The notes: generated from the letters alone by a model not told the origin. DNA of 64,000 bases from Promethearchaeota archaeon (GCA_019057865.1 JAHLWP010000005.1:92912-156911); one strand, 5' to 3'; positions 29,893 to 40,865 are shown, numbered from the stretch's first letter. Made by a program: numbers and translations.

Positions 29893-32138
29893 TGACAAGG
29901 GTAATTCTTAATGGAGAAGAAGTAGACATAGAGATGAATAAGGGAGATTTCGAAAAAGTAAAAGAGTTATTAGATAAAGAGCCAAATATTACTGAATTGG
30001 GCATGTTTGATATTATGTGGAGTGAACATTGTTCTTACAAATCATCTCGCCCAAAATTAAAAAATTTTGAAGATGCTGAAGAAAATTATGATTATGTGCT
30101 AGCTGGTCCTGGCCAAGATGCGGGGGTTATAGACATTGGAGATGGTTATGCTTTAGCATTTCGAATTGAATCTCATAATCATCCTTCTGCAATTGAACCA
30201 TATCATGGAGCTGCTACAGGAATTGGTGGGATAATAAGAGATATACTATGTATGGGTGTTAGACCAATAGCATTATTGGACCCTTTAAGATTTGGTCCAC
30301 TAAAAAACAATCCCCACTCTCAATGGCTATTTAAATATGTTGTAAAAGGGATTGCTGATTATGGCAACTGTACAGGAATCCCGACTATTGGGGGTGAAGT
30401 AGAATTTGATGAGAGTTTTGAGAGTAATTGTTTAGTAAATGTTGCCTGTATTGGATTAGGGACAATCGAAGATTTTAAGCATGCTCCAAGCAGAGCATAC
30501 AACCCTGGTGATTATGTAATCCTTATGGGAGGATCTACAGGTAGAGACGGAATTCATGGAGTAACATTTGCTTCTCGCACACTAACAGAGATGTCCGAAG
30601 CAGATAGACCAGCAGTCCAAATTGGTGATCCGTTTACTAAAAAAATGATTATTGAAGCAACTTTAGAAGCGATAAAAACAGGATATGTAAGAGGTTTAAA
30701 AGATCTTGGTGGGGGCGGACTTACCTGTGCAACAAGTGAATTAACTGGTGATGGAAATACTGGAGCAAAAGTAGATTTAAGAAAAGTTTTTACTAGAGAA
30801 CCAGGAATGAATTCTTATGAAATTATGCTTTCTGAATCACAGGAACGAATGGCTTTCGTAGTTAAACCTGAGGGATTAGAGACTGTTCTTGATGTATTTA
30901 GAAAATATGAAATGAATTTTGCTGTAATTGGTAGAACAGACGATTCAAAAATTCTCAAAGTATATGATGGAGATAATCTTGCTGTAAGTATACCTTCCAA
31001 GGCACTTTCCGAATCACCTACTTTTAAAAGGGAAGAAAAACGACCAGACTACTTAGATGAATTACTCTCCCAGAAAACTCCTAAATCAATTTTAGGTTTA
31101 GATGAAATAATTTATACGTTAATTGCTTCAGAAAATATTTGTAGCAAGGAATGGGTCTATAGGCAATATGATCATGAAGTTGGAATTAGATCAGTTGTAA
31201 AATGTGGTGAGGGAGATTCAGGAGTTCTCAGAATAATTGGTACAGATAAATTCATAGCTGCAAGTGTCGGTGTAAATTCGAAGCAATGTTTTTTGGATCC
31301 ATATGAAGGTGCCAAAGGAGGGTTAGTTGAAGTATGTGGAAATATAATTGCAGATGGGGCAAAGCCAATGGCAATGGTAAACTGTTGTAACTTTGGAAAT
31401 CCTGAAATACCTGAATCATTTTGGTATTTTTCTCAAGCTGTTGATGGAATGAATGATTTTTGTAGAGACTTGAGGATTCCAATAATAGGTGGAAATGTTT
31501 CTTTCTATAACGAGGACGAAGTAAAGAAAACCGCAATTAAAGCAACACCGATGATAATGATCGTTGGAGTAATAGAGGGTGAAGACAAGATTATTACTCT
31601 ACCATTCAAAAAAGCGGGTAATGATTTGTTTCTAATTGGTGAAACTGCAGCAGAATTAGGAGGATCTGAATATCACTCTGTAATTTATAATCTAGAAGGT
31701 GGTATACCTCCTAAGGTAAATGATAAAAAAGTAAAAGCAACTTGGGATTTCCTTTTTGATTTATATAAAAATGACCTTGTAAAAGCAAATCATGATGTAA
31801 ATAAAGGTGGGTTCATCATTACAATAGCTGAAATGTGCTTTAAGAATAATTTGGGAGCTGAACTGAAACTAAAAGGATGTTATGATGAAAATTTAAGAGA
31901 TGATGAATTTCTATTTAGTGAATCTGTTGGGAGATTTATTATTGAAACCGACCCTAAAGATTATAAGATCATAATTAAGAAAGCAGAAAAGTTCGGTGTA
32001 GATTTAAAGAAAATTGGTGTTTTAATTCCAAAACCAGAAATTATTATTAAGGGTTTGAAGTTAAAAGATTTAAAACTCGATGTTAAAAAACTGAAAAATT
32101 TATATGACTCAACCATCCCTAACTTAATGGAAATTTAA
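29892..32138 (+). CDS. purL: FGAM synthase subunit II
   Basis: MWSEHCSYKSS, ESHNHPS, SESQERM and GGNVSFYN. Confidence 0.97.
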   Translation: MTRVILNGEEVDIEMNKGDFEKVKELLDKEPNITELGMFDIMWSEHCSYKSSRPKLKNFEDAEENYDYVLAGPGQDAGVIDIGDGYALAFRIESHNHPSAIEPYHGAATGIGGIIRDILCMGVRPIALLDPLRFGPLKNNPHSQWLFKYVVKGIADYGNCTGIPTIGGEVEFDESFESNCLVNVACIGLGTIEDFKHAPSRAYNPGDYVILMGGSTGRDGIHGVTFASRTLTEMSEADRPAVQIGDPFTKKMIIEATLEAIKTGYVRGLKDLGGGGLTCATSELTGDGNTGAKVDLRKVFTREPGMNSYEIMLSESQERMAFVVKPEGLETVLDVFRKYEMNFAVIGRTDDSKILKVYDGDNLAVSIPSKALSESPTFKREEKRPDYLDELLSQKTPKSILGLDEIIYTLIASENICSKEWVYRQYDHEVGIRSVVKCGEGDSGVLRIIGTDKFIAASVGVNSKQCFLDPYEGAKGGLVEVCGNIIADGAKPMAMVNCCNFGNPEIPESFWYFSQAVDGMNDFCRDLRIPIIGGNVSFYNEDEVKKTAIKATPMIMIVGVIEGEDKIITLPFKKAGNDLFLIGETAAELGGSEYHSVIYNLEGGIPPKVNDKKVKATWDFLFDLYKNDLVKANHDVNKGGFIITIAEMCFKNNLGAELKLKGCYDENLRDDEFLFSESVGRFIIETDPKDYKIIIKKAEKFGVDLKKIGVLIPKPEIIIKGLKLKDLKLDVKKLKNLYDSTIPNLMEI

Positions 32139-32358
32139 AATCATAGCTGAGGTCATATTATCTACCAACAAAATTATATAATTTGTGGTGAGGATGCATT
32201 AATAAAATTTTGGACTTTAGACAATTAGATTTAATGAAGACAATTAATAAACACTAATAATTGCATCTACTTTTTTTTTTAAAACCATAAATTTGAAATA
32301 TTTTCATAATTTTATATAATAAAAGTAGCTTAAAAATAGGATATTAGGTATCTTTATA

Positions 32359-32553
32359 ATGGTTCGTTGTAGGGCATGTATTAAATGTAGACAATATATC
32401 GTTATCCACCCAGATAATCCTATCAATCAGCTTGAGATAAAAAGGTTTGAAAAGAAACACTTACGCCATACGATTATGACAGTAGATCTCAATGAAATAA
32501 AAGGAATCTATGATCCCTTTAAAAATAATGGAGCAGAAAAAACCTCTTTATGA
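32359..32553 (+). CDS. Small CxxC...HxxH putative zinc-binding protein
   Basis: CIKC ... FEKKHLRH; homolog at 56318-56488. Confidence 0.75.
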   Translation: MVRCRACIKCRQYIVIHPDNPINQLEIKRFEKKHLRHTIMTVDLNEIKGIYDPFKNNGAEKTSL

Positions 32554-32625
32554 ATTAAATTATTAAAAAGTAATAAAAAAGAAAAAAAGATTTAATTTAA
32601 TTATAATTTTACTAATTCTATTTAA

Positions 32626-34122
32626 TTATTGCTCAATTTTAGTACCGCACCACTTACAGAATTTATCTTTCTCCAGAAACTTGCTTCCACAATAGGAACA
32701 TGTTTTTGACATTGCTGGTGTAGTAACTGAAGGAGTACCAAGTTGCCTTCCTTGTATTTTACCCCCACAATTTGGACAGAATTGGGCATCTGGTGAATGA
32801 GTTGTACCACAACGAATACATTTATAAGTAGGGGGGGGTGCTTTTTGAGTAGGAGTTGTTGGAGTTAAAGGTTTAGTGGGCATTGAAGGTTCGGTTGGTG
32901 CTGCAGGTTTAGGAGGGGCTTTACTTTTCAATTTTTTTTGACCTTTTCTAGCAATAACAGCAGCTATTATTAATATGACAACTATAACTGTGATAATTAT
33001 CAATATTGGGCTAACTTCTAACCATCTATCAATTGATGTTATACCAGTATCATAACTTACATCAAAAGTGATTAAAGTAGATTCTTCTGGAGAATTCAAA
33101 GGATCAAAGTAAATGAAAAAATACCAATTTCCCGAATTGGGAACTTGTCTTGTTTGTTGAGGAATAAAATCAGTATCTAATACATAAAATTCAGTTCCAG
33201 TAAAGTCTACAATATTAGTAGCAGTATAATTAACTGTAAAATCTACGTCGACGGATGAAATCCCATCATTATACCATACTACATAGTAATCCTTTGCTTC
33301 ATTAATAACAAGGTCTCCCGTACCCTGATTACTATTTGCTTCCTCTACATAAAATGAAGGTGAACCTCCTTGATTCCAAATATAAAGATCATAACCATCA
33401 CCTATGAAAAAGTCAATCAAATCAGTTGAATTATAATCGTACTCTATTACCGATTCTGGTCTTAAAAATAATTGGAGATAATGATATTCATCACTCAAAA
33501 GACTTTCCGGACCTACTTCACTTCCATTTAATATAGTTGTCGGTAAGTATTCAAAAGGACGATCCCAGATAGCAAAACTAATATTAGCTGGTGATGATTG
33601 AATAGAGAAGGTGATATTATTACCTGCTTCAATATTTTCATATTCATACCAGAATTCATTAAAATATAAGGTTTCTGTGGAACGATAATTCACATTTCCA
33701 TTGACATCAGCTTCACTAAAAGGGAATAACATAGCCACGCCAAAAGCAGGTAATAAAATCAATGCCATCAAAATTAAAAAGACTATACCTCCACCAATAT
33801 ACATAGGAGAGTAATACCAAGGTCGATAATAGTGACCAGCCCACCATGGTGAGTACCACCACCTATAATACCAAGGTCGATGATACCACCACCAAGGTCG
33901 ATAATAATATCGACGTGGTCTATACATTGTGTGTGAATAAGGACCTCTTGGAGATCGAGAAACTATTCTTGTTGCACCAGTTCGCCCGAATGGTCTTCCA
34001 CTTGTTCGAACATTTCCCATACGAAAACTGCCAGGTCCACCTCGAAATCCCCCACCTCGAAGCCCACCTCCGCGAAATCCACCTCCACGGAATCCCCCAC
34101 GAAATCCTCCACCACGGGGCAT
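32626..34122 (-). CDS. Membrane protein: RGG/aromatic N-terminus, TM, large ectodomain, TM, Pro-rich linker, double zinc ribbon
   Basis: GGFRGG repeats, RPW(W/Y)Y repeats, two hydrophobic helices and four CxxCG knuckles. Confidence 0.85.
   Translation of the reverse strand: MPRGGGFRGGFRGGGFRGGGLRGGGFRGGPGSFRMGNVRTSGRPFGRTGATRIVSRSPRGPYSHTMYRPRRYYYRPWWWYHRPWYYRWWYSPWWAGHYYRPWYYSPMYIGGGIVFLILMALILLPAFGVAMLFPFSEADVNGNVNYRSTETLYFNEFWYEYENIEAGNNITFSIQSSPANISFAIWDRPFEYLPTTILNGSEVGPESLLSDEYHYLQLFLRPESVIEYDYNSTDLIDFFIGDGYDLYIWNQGGSPSFYVEEANSNQGTGDLVINEAKDYYVVWYNDGISSVDVDFTVNYTATNIVDFTGTEFYVLDTDFIPQQTRQVPNSGNWYFFIYFDPLNSPEESTLITFDVSYDTGITSIDRWLEVSPILIIITVIVVILIIAAVIARKGQKKLKSKAPPKPAAPTEPSMPTKPLTPTTPTQKAPPPTYKCIRCGTTHSPDAQFCPNCGGKIQGRQLGTPSVTTPAMSKTCSYCGSKFLEKDKFCKWCGTKIEQ
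34035..34119 (-). repeat. Imperfect ~12-15-nt coding tandem repeat (GGFRG)
   Basis: GC-rich periodic ccacctcgaaat-like units inside the CDS. Confidence 0.7.
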
Positions 34123-34123
34123 T

Positions 34124-35134
34124 TTATTCTTTCACCTCTCTTATTCCAGATTGCGGAATTTCTTTTTCACAGAAAATGTAATCACGGTATATAGCTCCTA
34201 GAATCAAAAGCATTGAAATAATGGAAATTGTTAGACCTACAGGGTCAATTGTTATATCAACAGCTGGTTCGGCAGTTGCAAATCCAATACCAAAAAGGAT
34301 CCACTCAAGAACCATAAAGAAAAGAACTAATCCAGGAATTATGTATTGTATAACTCGTCCTGTTCGATAATTTCTAACATTAGCAAAACTGGCATAGATT
34401 AACGAAAATAAACCAATTATGCCAAAAATTAGTAATAAAACACTATTAACCACTAAAAATCCCCATATAACACCATGTCCTGATATCAGATCTGTAAAAG
34501 GTACGAAAAAGTTTACTCCACGTGCTTCAAAGAAATGAAATGTAACTTCTCCTCCTCTTAAATCCATACCCAAGAAGCTCAAAAGATCTGTTAGATCTGC
34601 TGTAAAATAACTAAACACTCCCACTAAAGGTAATATAATTCCTAAAACAAATGCTATTATCGCACATGCACTAGCAAACCAAAATTCGGCTACTTTTGTA
34701 TTTCGTACCGGTATTAATCCAATTTCATCCACAATTTTATCAGGAATATAACTCCAACAATCTTGAATAGTAGCAACTCCAATAAGCTTTTCTTTTTCAA
34801 CTACTGGAACAACATTAACATATAAGTCACGCATTCTTATAAATGCCTCTTCGACAGGAGTATCTAATGAAACTGGAGTGATTGTATACATTGTTGACAC
34901 AACTCTCTCAGTTTTCGAGTCTGATCCTTCTGCTACAACATTTTTTACTATGTCAAAATCAGCTATAACTCCAATTACTTTTTGTGTTTCCCCTTCTATT
35001 ACTACTAAGTCTGGTACCCCCAATTCCTTCATTTTTTTAGCGGCATCTTGAATTGTTGCATTCGAATCAATTGTACCATATTCATCATCTATAACTAGAT
35101 CCCTTATATAAAATTCTTGTTTAGATAAAGCCAT
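34124..35134 (-). CDS. CBS-pair protein with C-terminal TM domain
   Basis: Two CBS repeats (ATIQDAAKKM, TPVEEAF..M, VPVVE) followed by ~4 TM helices. Confidence 0.85.
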   Translation of the reverse strand: MALSKQEFYIRDLVIDDEYGTIDSNATIQDAAKKMKELGVPDLVVIEGETQKVIGVIADFDIVKNVVAEGSDSKTERVVSTMYTITPVSLDTPVEEAFIRMRDLYVNVVPVVEKEKLIGVATIQDCWSYIPDKIVDEIGLIPVRNTKVAEFWFASACAIIAFVLGIILPLVGVFSYFTADLTDLLSFLGMDLRGGEVTFHFFEARGVNFFVPFTDLISGHGVIWGFLVVNSVLLLIFGIIGLFSLIYASFANVRNYRTGRVIQYIIPGLVLFFMVLEWILFGIGFATAEPAVDITIDPVGLTISIISMLLILGAIYRDYIFCEKEIPQSGIREVKE

Positions 35135-35319
35135 GGATAATACTTCCCATTTTGTTTTAAATTATATTATTTATGAGATATACGCAGTATACAATATATA
35201 AATGTTTTGATTATATTAAGGAATCAATTATAATTTCGAGTTTGAAGAAAAGTGTAAAAATACCACTTAAAAAATAGTTTCTATTAGATTAGGCTGAATT
35301 TTTTTTAAATAAATTAATT

Positions 35320-36111
35320 TTAAAGGAGTTCTAATATAGAATTAAATGATTCAATAATCATAAATGGCTTAATTTGTGTTTTATTTGAGTCATAGAATTG
35401 TCCCTTTCCGGTTTTAACTAATATACTTTTAATACCTGCATTATTTGCTCCTTGTATGTCAGATTCAATATCATCACCAATGACAAAAACCTCATTTGCA
35501 GAAAGATTGATTTTTTCTAAAGCTTGCAAAAAATATTCCTTCGAGGGTTTCCCAAATATTTTAGGAGTAATATTTGCAGCATTAGCAATCATTTGTACAA
35601 ACGAACCAGTATCGATAATTGGTTCACCATTGCGATCGAGATAATATTTATTACCTTGTGTTCCAAGAAGTCTAGCACCCTTAAATACATACTTAAATGC
35701 TTCATTAAGTCTGTGAACATCCCAATTATCATGAAAATCTCCTAAAATTACGAAATCAGGAACGTTAACACCTTCAACTTGAGGAAAGTTTTGAAATTCC
35801 TGCTCAACTTCTTGAGTTGTAACAAAATAAGATTTTTTATTTGGATACTTAGATAAAAATTCTTTTAATGCAATAATAGGCGTATAAATCTCTTCTTCAT
35901 ATATGGTAAATCCATAATCTTGTAATATTTCTAAAACTGTTTTAGGAGATTTGCTATCTGTATTTGTGAAAAATAGCAATTTTATACCTAGATCACGTAG
36001 ATTATTAATGGCATCTATAGCTCCTGGAATTGGAGCCCCTTTAAAATAAAGAGTTCCATCAATATCAGATAATATTCCCTTAATATTATCGAATTTTTTA
36101 TTCATTTTCAT
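35320..36111 (-). CDS. HAD-IIA hydrolase (LHPP/HDHD2/NagD-like)
   Basis: DIDGTL, TN, GKP, IGDDIESDI and VKTGK. Confidence 0.92.
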   Translation of the reverse strand: MKMNKKFDNIKGILSDIDGTLYFKGAPIPGAIDAINNLRDLGIKLLFFTNTDSKSPKTVLEILQDYGFTIYEEEIYTPIIALKEFLSKYPNKKSYFVTTQEVEQEFQNFPQVEGVNVPDFVILGDFHDNWDVHRLNEAFKYVFKGARLLGTQGNKYYLDRNGEPIIDTGSFVQMIANAANITPKIFGKPSKEYFLQALEKINLSANEVFVIGDDIESDIQGANNAGIKSILVKTGKGQFYDSNKTQIKPFMIIESFNSILELL

Positions 36112-36868
36112 TCAAAACTCCTTCATTTTAATGAATGGTATTTATAATCTGAGAATTACGATAGATATTTATATATATTTGAATTATTTTTTCATTTTAT
36201 GAATCCCGATCATTATTTAAAATATAAAAATAAAAAACATAACACGAAAAAATTTAATGTATCACGAAAATCCCTTTGTATCTTTGTATAATTATACGAA
36301 AGTATAATCTCAATAGTAACTAGAAAAAACAGTTAAAAAACCAAAAATGTTGTGATTATGATTACGATGTTAATACAAACCTAACATATCATCTTCATTA
36401 GATAATAATAAATTTATTGAATTTTAAATGAAACAAACGGGTGCTCAACTAAAAAAAAAGTTTAATTTCATAATTTAGCAACAAAACTGAAATCTATTAC
36501 CCCCTACCTTTATCTTATATATATAATTCTATTAATTATCAAACTATGAAGATTAGGAATTGATTTGAGCATTTTTAATAATTAAAAAGAATATCGAGTA
36601 ATTGGTTAAAAATTTAAAAATATTGTAAATAAATTCCTCTTTATAGACTTAATAGATAATAACTGATAATTACCTTCGTTAAATTCCAATTTAATGAAAT
36701 TTAGAATCATATAATTGATATGAATATTTAAAGAATAAGCTTCATTTCAAGTTTTTTAATACATATTATAGAAATATCTCCATATTACCAAAATAATATT
36801 GGACCTATAAATCTTAAATTTCTTAAAAAAGATTCAAATTCAATGAAAAATTTAGAAAAAATGGTATT

Positions 36869-38068
36869 ATGAAAGTTACTAAAAAGTATATAATTGCTTT
36901 AATTTTAGTATTTAGTGTTGTTGGAGCTGGAATTGCTTCTTTTGTAATTTTTCTTCCTTCTAAAAAATCTTTTGAGTCTAAGATTCGAGATTTGATGGTA
37001 GATTATGAGATCCCATCATTAACCGCTGGGATTGCTATTAATGATAGCCTTATTTGGGTTAACGGATTTGGTGATCAATCTGATTTAGAGACTGTTTATA
37101 TGATTGGTTCAATCACCAAAACATTCACAGCAACTACTTTACTTCAACTCAATGAAAGTAATTTAATAAATTTGGATGATGACATAAATGATTATCTACC
37201 TTTTGATGTAAGGCACCCAAATTATTTAAGTACTCCAATATCGATTCACATGCTTTTAACTCATACGGCAGGTTTAGCAAGAGATTTCTATTATTCTATG
37301 AGTTATTATTTTGATAAGCAATTTATTCAATGGATAAATACGGTTTTTGATACAAATTTCGCTTATTGGGATCCTAAACCCTCTCTAGAAGAGTTTCTAA
37401 ATGGTAGTATAAACCCATCTGGTCTATATTATAATTCAAATAATTGGGTTTCAGAACCAGGAACAGAATTTCTTTACTCTAATGCAGGTTTTGAGTTACT
37501 TGGCTACTTAGTTGAACAAGTTACGAATCAATCAATAGTAGAATATGTTCAAGAAAACATCCTTGATCCATTAAACATGACAAATAGTGGATACAATTAC
37601 ATAGATTTTACCGGAAAGAACGCAATTCCTTACGAAAGGATATATGGGAGTAATTTTGCTATACCCTTTTATAATTTAAGTTTAAATGGAGCAGGTTCTT
37701 TAAGAAGTACAGTACCAGATTTGGCAAAATATATGATTGCTCACATGAACCAAGGTGAATATAATGGATTTCAATTACTTACTCCTGAAAAAATTGAATT
37801 AATGCATAAAAAGCACGTATTAATTCCTGGATCTGAACCGGTTGGCTATGGACTAGGGTGGATCATTACCGATGGAATTCAAGGACATGATGGAGCAACA
37901 CCAGGGTTCCTTTCCAGTATGTATATGAAGGAAAGTGAACAAGGCACCTTTGGGATAATAGTAATGTTCAATCGTGGTAGCAGCCTCATATTAGACATTG
38001 AACTTCTTACAGAATTTTATCCAGCAATATTACAATTACTTTTGGAAAGAGCAGAAAATCTGATTTAA
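36869..38068 (+). CDS. Serine hydrolase, beta-lactamase/AmpC family, membrane anchored
   Basis: SITK (SxxK), LLTHTAG, YSN and HDG. Confidence 0.9.
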   Translation: MKVTKKYIIALILVFSVVGAGIASFVIFLPSKKSFESKIRDLMVDYEIPSLTAGIAINDSLIWVNGFGDQSDLETVYMIGSITKTFTATTLLQLNESNLINLDDDINDYLPFDVRHPNYLSTPISIHMLLTHTAGLARDFYYSMSYYFDKQFIQWINTVFDTNFAYWDPKPSLEEFLNGSINPSGLYYNSNNWVSEPGTEFLYSNAGFELLGYLVEQVTNQSIVEYVQENILDPLNMTNSGYNYIDFTGKNAIPYERIYGSNFAIPFYNLSLNGAGSLRSTVPDLAKYMIAHMNQGEYNGFQLLTPEKIELMHKKHVLIPGSEPVGYGLGWIITDGIQGHDGATPGFLSSMYMKESEQGTFGIIVMFNRGSSLILDIELLTEFYPAILQLLLERAENLI

Positions 38069-38177
38069 AAAGCTCTTATTAATTAAGAATTATCTTTTTT
38101 ATATCTTTTTAGAATTTTGCCGTAAAAGTAAAAAATCTACATTTTTTGGGCACTTTTCTAATATATGTTCTATATTC

Positions 38178-39362
38178 TTATTCTGTTTTTTGATATTTTT
38201 TATTTTTAATAAAATTAGAATCGTGCTCTTTTAATGTATCTATAAGAACTAAACACAGATTCTTTAAAATCTTAGTATCTATTTTGTCGATCGTATCATT
38301 AGGAGTATGCATATAATCATATGCTTCCACCTCACCAATACCAAATCCTTGAAGACCCTTGTCTCCTAAAAAGCCTCCATCGGAATGAGTGCCGAGAACT
38401 CTGCTTGTAATATGATGGCGTATTGGAAGATTTCTGTTGTTATTCAATAGCAAATAATCTATCTCCTTGATGTGATCCACATCATTTTCTCCTGGAAATA
38501 GATATACGTGATTAGCTATGGATTCAAAATTAAATATTATCGATTTATCGAAATCTAAGTTTTCCAAATTATTATAAAAATGCCTAATACCCATTGTTCC
38601 GCATTCTTCAGCTCCAGTAAAAAGAAACCACATGTTATAATTTGTTAATCTGTTTTTGGGAACACTATAATAGTTTACCAGTTCTAAATTGCACACTATA
38701 CCTGAAGCATTATCAACAGCACCAACAGAACTATTATCTGTGGTGTTAAGAAGAAATACTATAGAGGCTAACATATTCATTAGTAAAGGAAACAGCCCGA
38801 TAATATAAAAGATTATTTCAAATCCCATAGAGATAAATATTTTATAGATTATTACAACAGCCAAAATAAGTGATGAGGAGATCCAAAGTTTAATCATTCT
38901 TATCCGAGTATTAATTGTGAATCTTTGTCCTTTGGAATCCAAATGACTCATAAACATTACTATTCTGTCATTATTGTCCTTTTCATTTGATTTAGAGTTA
39001 ATCTTTACTAAGAGGTTTTGTGAATTAAATTTTTTAATGAATTGAATTTTTTCGGGTTTTCTCGTCAATATGAGAGAGGTTATCACTATACAAAATAAGA
39101 TAAGTATCAAAACAAAAGATATCATCATAATTATGTTCAAGTATAATAATAATAAAATTAACGAACCAGATAAAAATGCTATTTTTGGATATATCCTCGA
39201 ATAAAACGAACTGAAAGTAAAAGGTTGGATTTCAAAATCCAAGTTCAAATTCTTTACTTCTTCCATTACTTTATTAAAAGCTTTAAGTTCAAATTCCGTT
39301 CCAGATAATCGAGGAAAAGCAAGATTTTTGAGATTTTTTTTAATTCGGGCTTCATTAACCAT
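38178..39362 (-). CDS. M28 family membrane metallopeptidase
   Basis: SHLDS, GAVDNASG, AEECG and HTPND; TM insertions. Confidence 0.88.
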   Translation of the reverse strand: MVNEARIKKNLKNLAFPRLSGTEFELKAFNKVMEEVKNLNLDFEIQPFTFSSFYSRIYPKIAFLSGSLILLLLYLNIIMMISFVLILILFCIVITSLILTRKPEKIQFIKKFNSQNLLVKINSKSNEKDNNDRIVMFMSHLDSKGQRFTINTRIRMIKLWISSSLILAVVIIYKIFISMGFEIIFYIIGLFPLLMNMLASIVFLLNTTDNSSVGAVDNASGIVCNLELVNYYSVPKNRLTNYNMWFLFTGAEECGTMGIRHFYNNLENLDFDKSIIFNFESIANHVYLFPGENDVDHIKEIDYLLLNNNRNLPIRHHITSRVLGTHSDGGFLGDKGLQGFGIGEVEAYDYMHTPNDTIDKIDTKILKNLCLVLIDTLKEHDSNFIKNKKYQKTE

Positions 39363-39681
39363 AATAATGTATAGATATGATTTTATTTCTTTAAAATATG
39401 TATTAAAATTTGAATCATCTTCTTTTAAATTACCTATATTAATTTATTTTATTAAAATTAGGTTGCTAATTCTCTATAGTTTTACTATTTCTTTAGTATT
39501 GTTAAATTTTCGTTTTGAAATCAATGATTTGGTTGTTGAAATAATGACATTTAATATTTATCAAGTGGAAATTGAATGTTCGGATTACGATATGTTTATA
39601 AGGGTGTTCTTTTTATATTCTATTAGTATTCGTTTTAAGATACATATCGTAAAAAAAATACAATAAATTGGTGAAGTTAAA

Positions 39682-40323
39682 ATTTTTTTTGGAAAACGTT
39701 TCAGTGGATATCATACTGATACTGTATCAGGTTTAGAGATATTGGTATTATCAATAATTAAAAGTAGTACAGGTATTACCGGATATGAAATTATTCAAAG
39801 GATTAATAGAAACTTTAAAGGGCTTTGGAGAGGTTCTGCTGGAACAATTTATCCACTATTGAATAAACTAGCAAAAAATGATTTTGCTAAAATTGAGGAA
39901 ACAACTGAAAATAATCGTCTTAAAAAGATTTATTATATTACAGAGAAAGGTGTAAACGAATTAAGTAGTGCTTTAAAAAATAACTTTAGACTCAGTATTA
40001 ATTCTTTAGGAGATTTCTTACAGACAATTATTAAGGCAATACCCCGGTTTGAAGAAAATGTTAGTAATGCTTTTTGCTGTTTTCCATTTCATGATTCTCC
40101 TATGGATGAGAAAATTGATATAGATGATATCTCAAAAATGAACATCGAAAGAATAAAAAGTATCATAAATCGTTTAAAAATCAGTAAGGAAAAACATGAA
40201 AAACGACTTGAAAGAATAAATAATAATTTAGAGAGATACAATTCATTACTAAAAAAAGTCAAAGAGGAAAGAAAACTGAGAAAACGACCTTTAGAGATAT
40301 ATGATGACGATTACGTAATCTAA
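39682..40323 (+). CDS. PadR family transcriptional regulator
   Basis: GYEII, GTIYPLLNKL and KIYYITEKG. Frame open from 39667; likely start ATT 39682 after GGTGA (TTG 39742 is the alternative). Confidence 0.88.
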   Translation: MFFGKRFSGYHTDTVSGLEILVLSIIKSSTGITGYEIIQRINRNFKGLWRGSAGTIYPLLNKLAKNDFAKIEETTENNRLKKIYYITEKGVNELSSALKNNFRLSINSLGDFLQTIIKAIPRFEENVSNAFCCFPFHDSPMDEKIDIDDISKMNIERIKSIINRLKISKEKHEKRLERINNNLERYNSLLKKVKEERKLRKRPLEIYDDDYVI

Positions 40324-40382
40324 TTAATTTTAACTTGAACCAATTATCTAATAAAAAATTAAACAAAGGAGGAAAAAAATCT

Positions 40383-40865
40383 ATGTGTCACGAAAGATCC
40401 CATCATGGACCAAGAGCTAAGGCTTGGTGTTTCCCATTTGGACATCACGATGTTGAGAAAATGAAAAGGATGGCTGGACATTTTATGAGAGGTTTTTTGG
40501 GAAGTTATATTCCTTATAATATTGAAGATCTCGGAGACAGTTATTTAATTACAGTACCATTAGCTGGACGCACTAAAGAGGATGTAACAATTTCTCTCAT
40601 CAATGAGCACTTAAATATTAAAGCAGCGAAACCTCAGATTCCTGAATTGGAGAAAGTGAAAGAAAAACCAGAAGAAAAAGCTTCCAGTGATGTTTGTTGT
40701 TCTCCATTTTTCGGGAAGGGTTTTACGTTTATCGAAGTGAATATGGATATCCCTTTGCCAGTTGGAGCAGACCCAGATACAATCGTTTCAAAAATGGCAA
40801 ATGGTCTCTTAAAGATAAACATGGGAAAGAAACCAGCTAAAAAAATAGATATTAATGAAAATTAG
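40383..40865 (+). CDS. Small heat-shock protein (Hsp20)
   Basis: Alpha-crystallin motifs (PLP..D...SKMANGLLKI); ATG 40383 follows AAGGAGGA. Confidence 0.88.
   Translation: MCHERSHHGPRAKAWCFPFGHHDVEKMKRMAGHFMRGFLGSYIPYNIEDLGDSYLITVPLAGRTKEDVTISLINEHLNIKAAKPQIPELEKVKEKPEEKASSDVCCSPFFGKGFTFIEVNMDIPLPVGADPDTIVSKMANGLLKINMGKKPAKKIDINEN

Noticed and set aside
32180-32230. Possible WD40 remnant (ICGEDALIKFWTL)
   Set aside because: Too short to support without a search.
33846-34181. Antisense 111-aa ORF with repeats
   Set aside because: Shadow of the RGG/RPW repeat gene on the opposite strand.
39328-39666. 112-aa hydrophobic ORF
   Set aside because: Spans a divergent promoter region, is AT-biased and has no motif.
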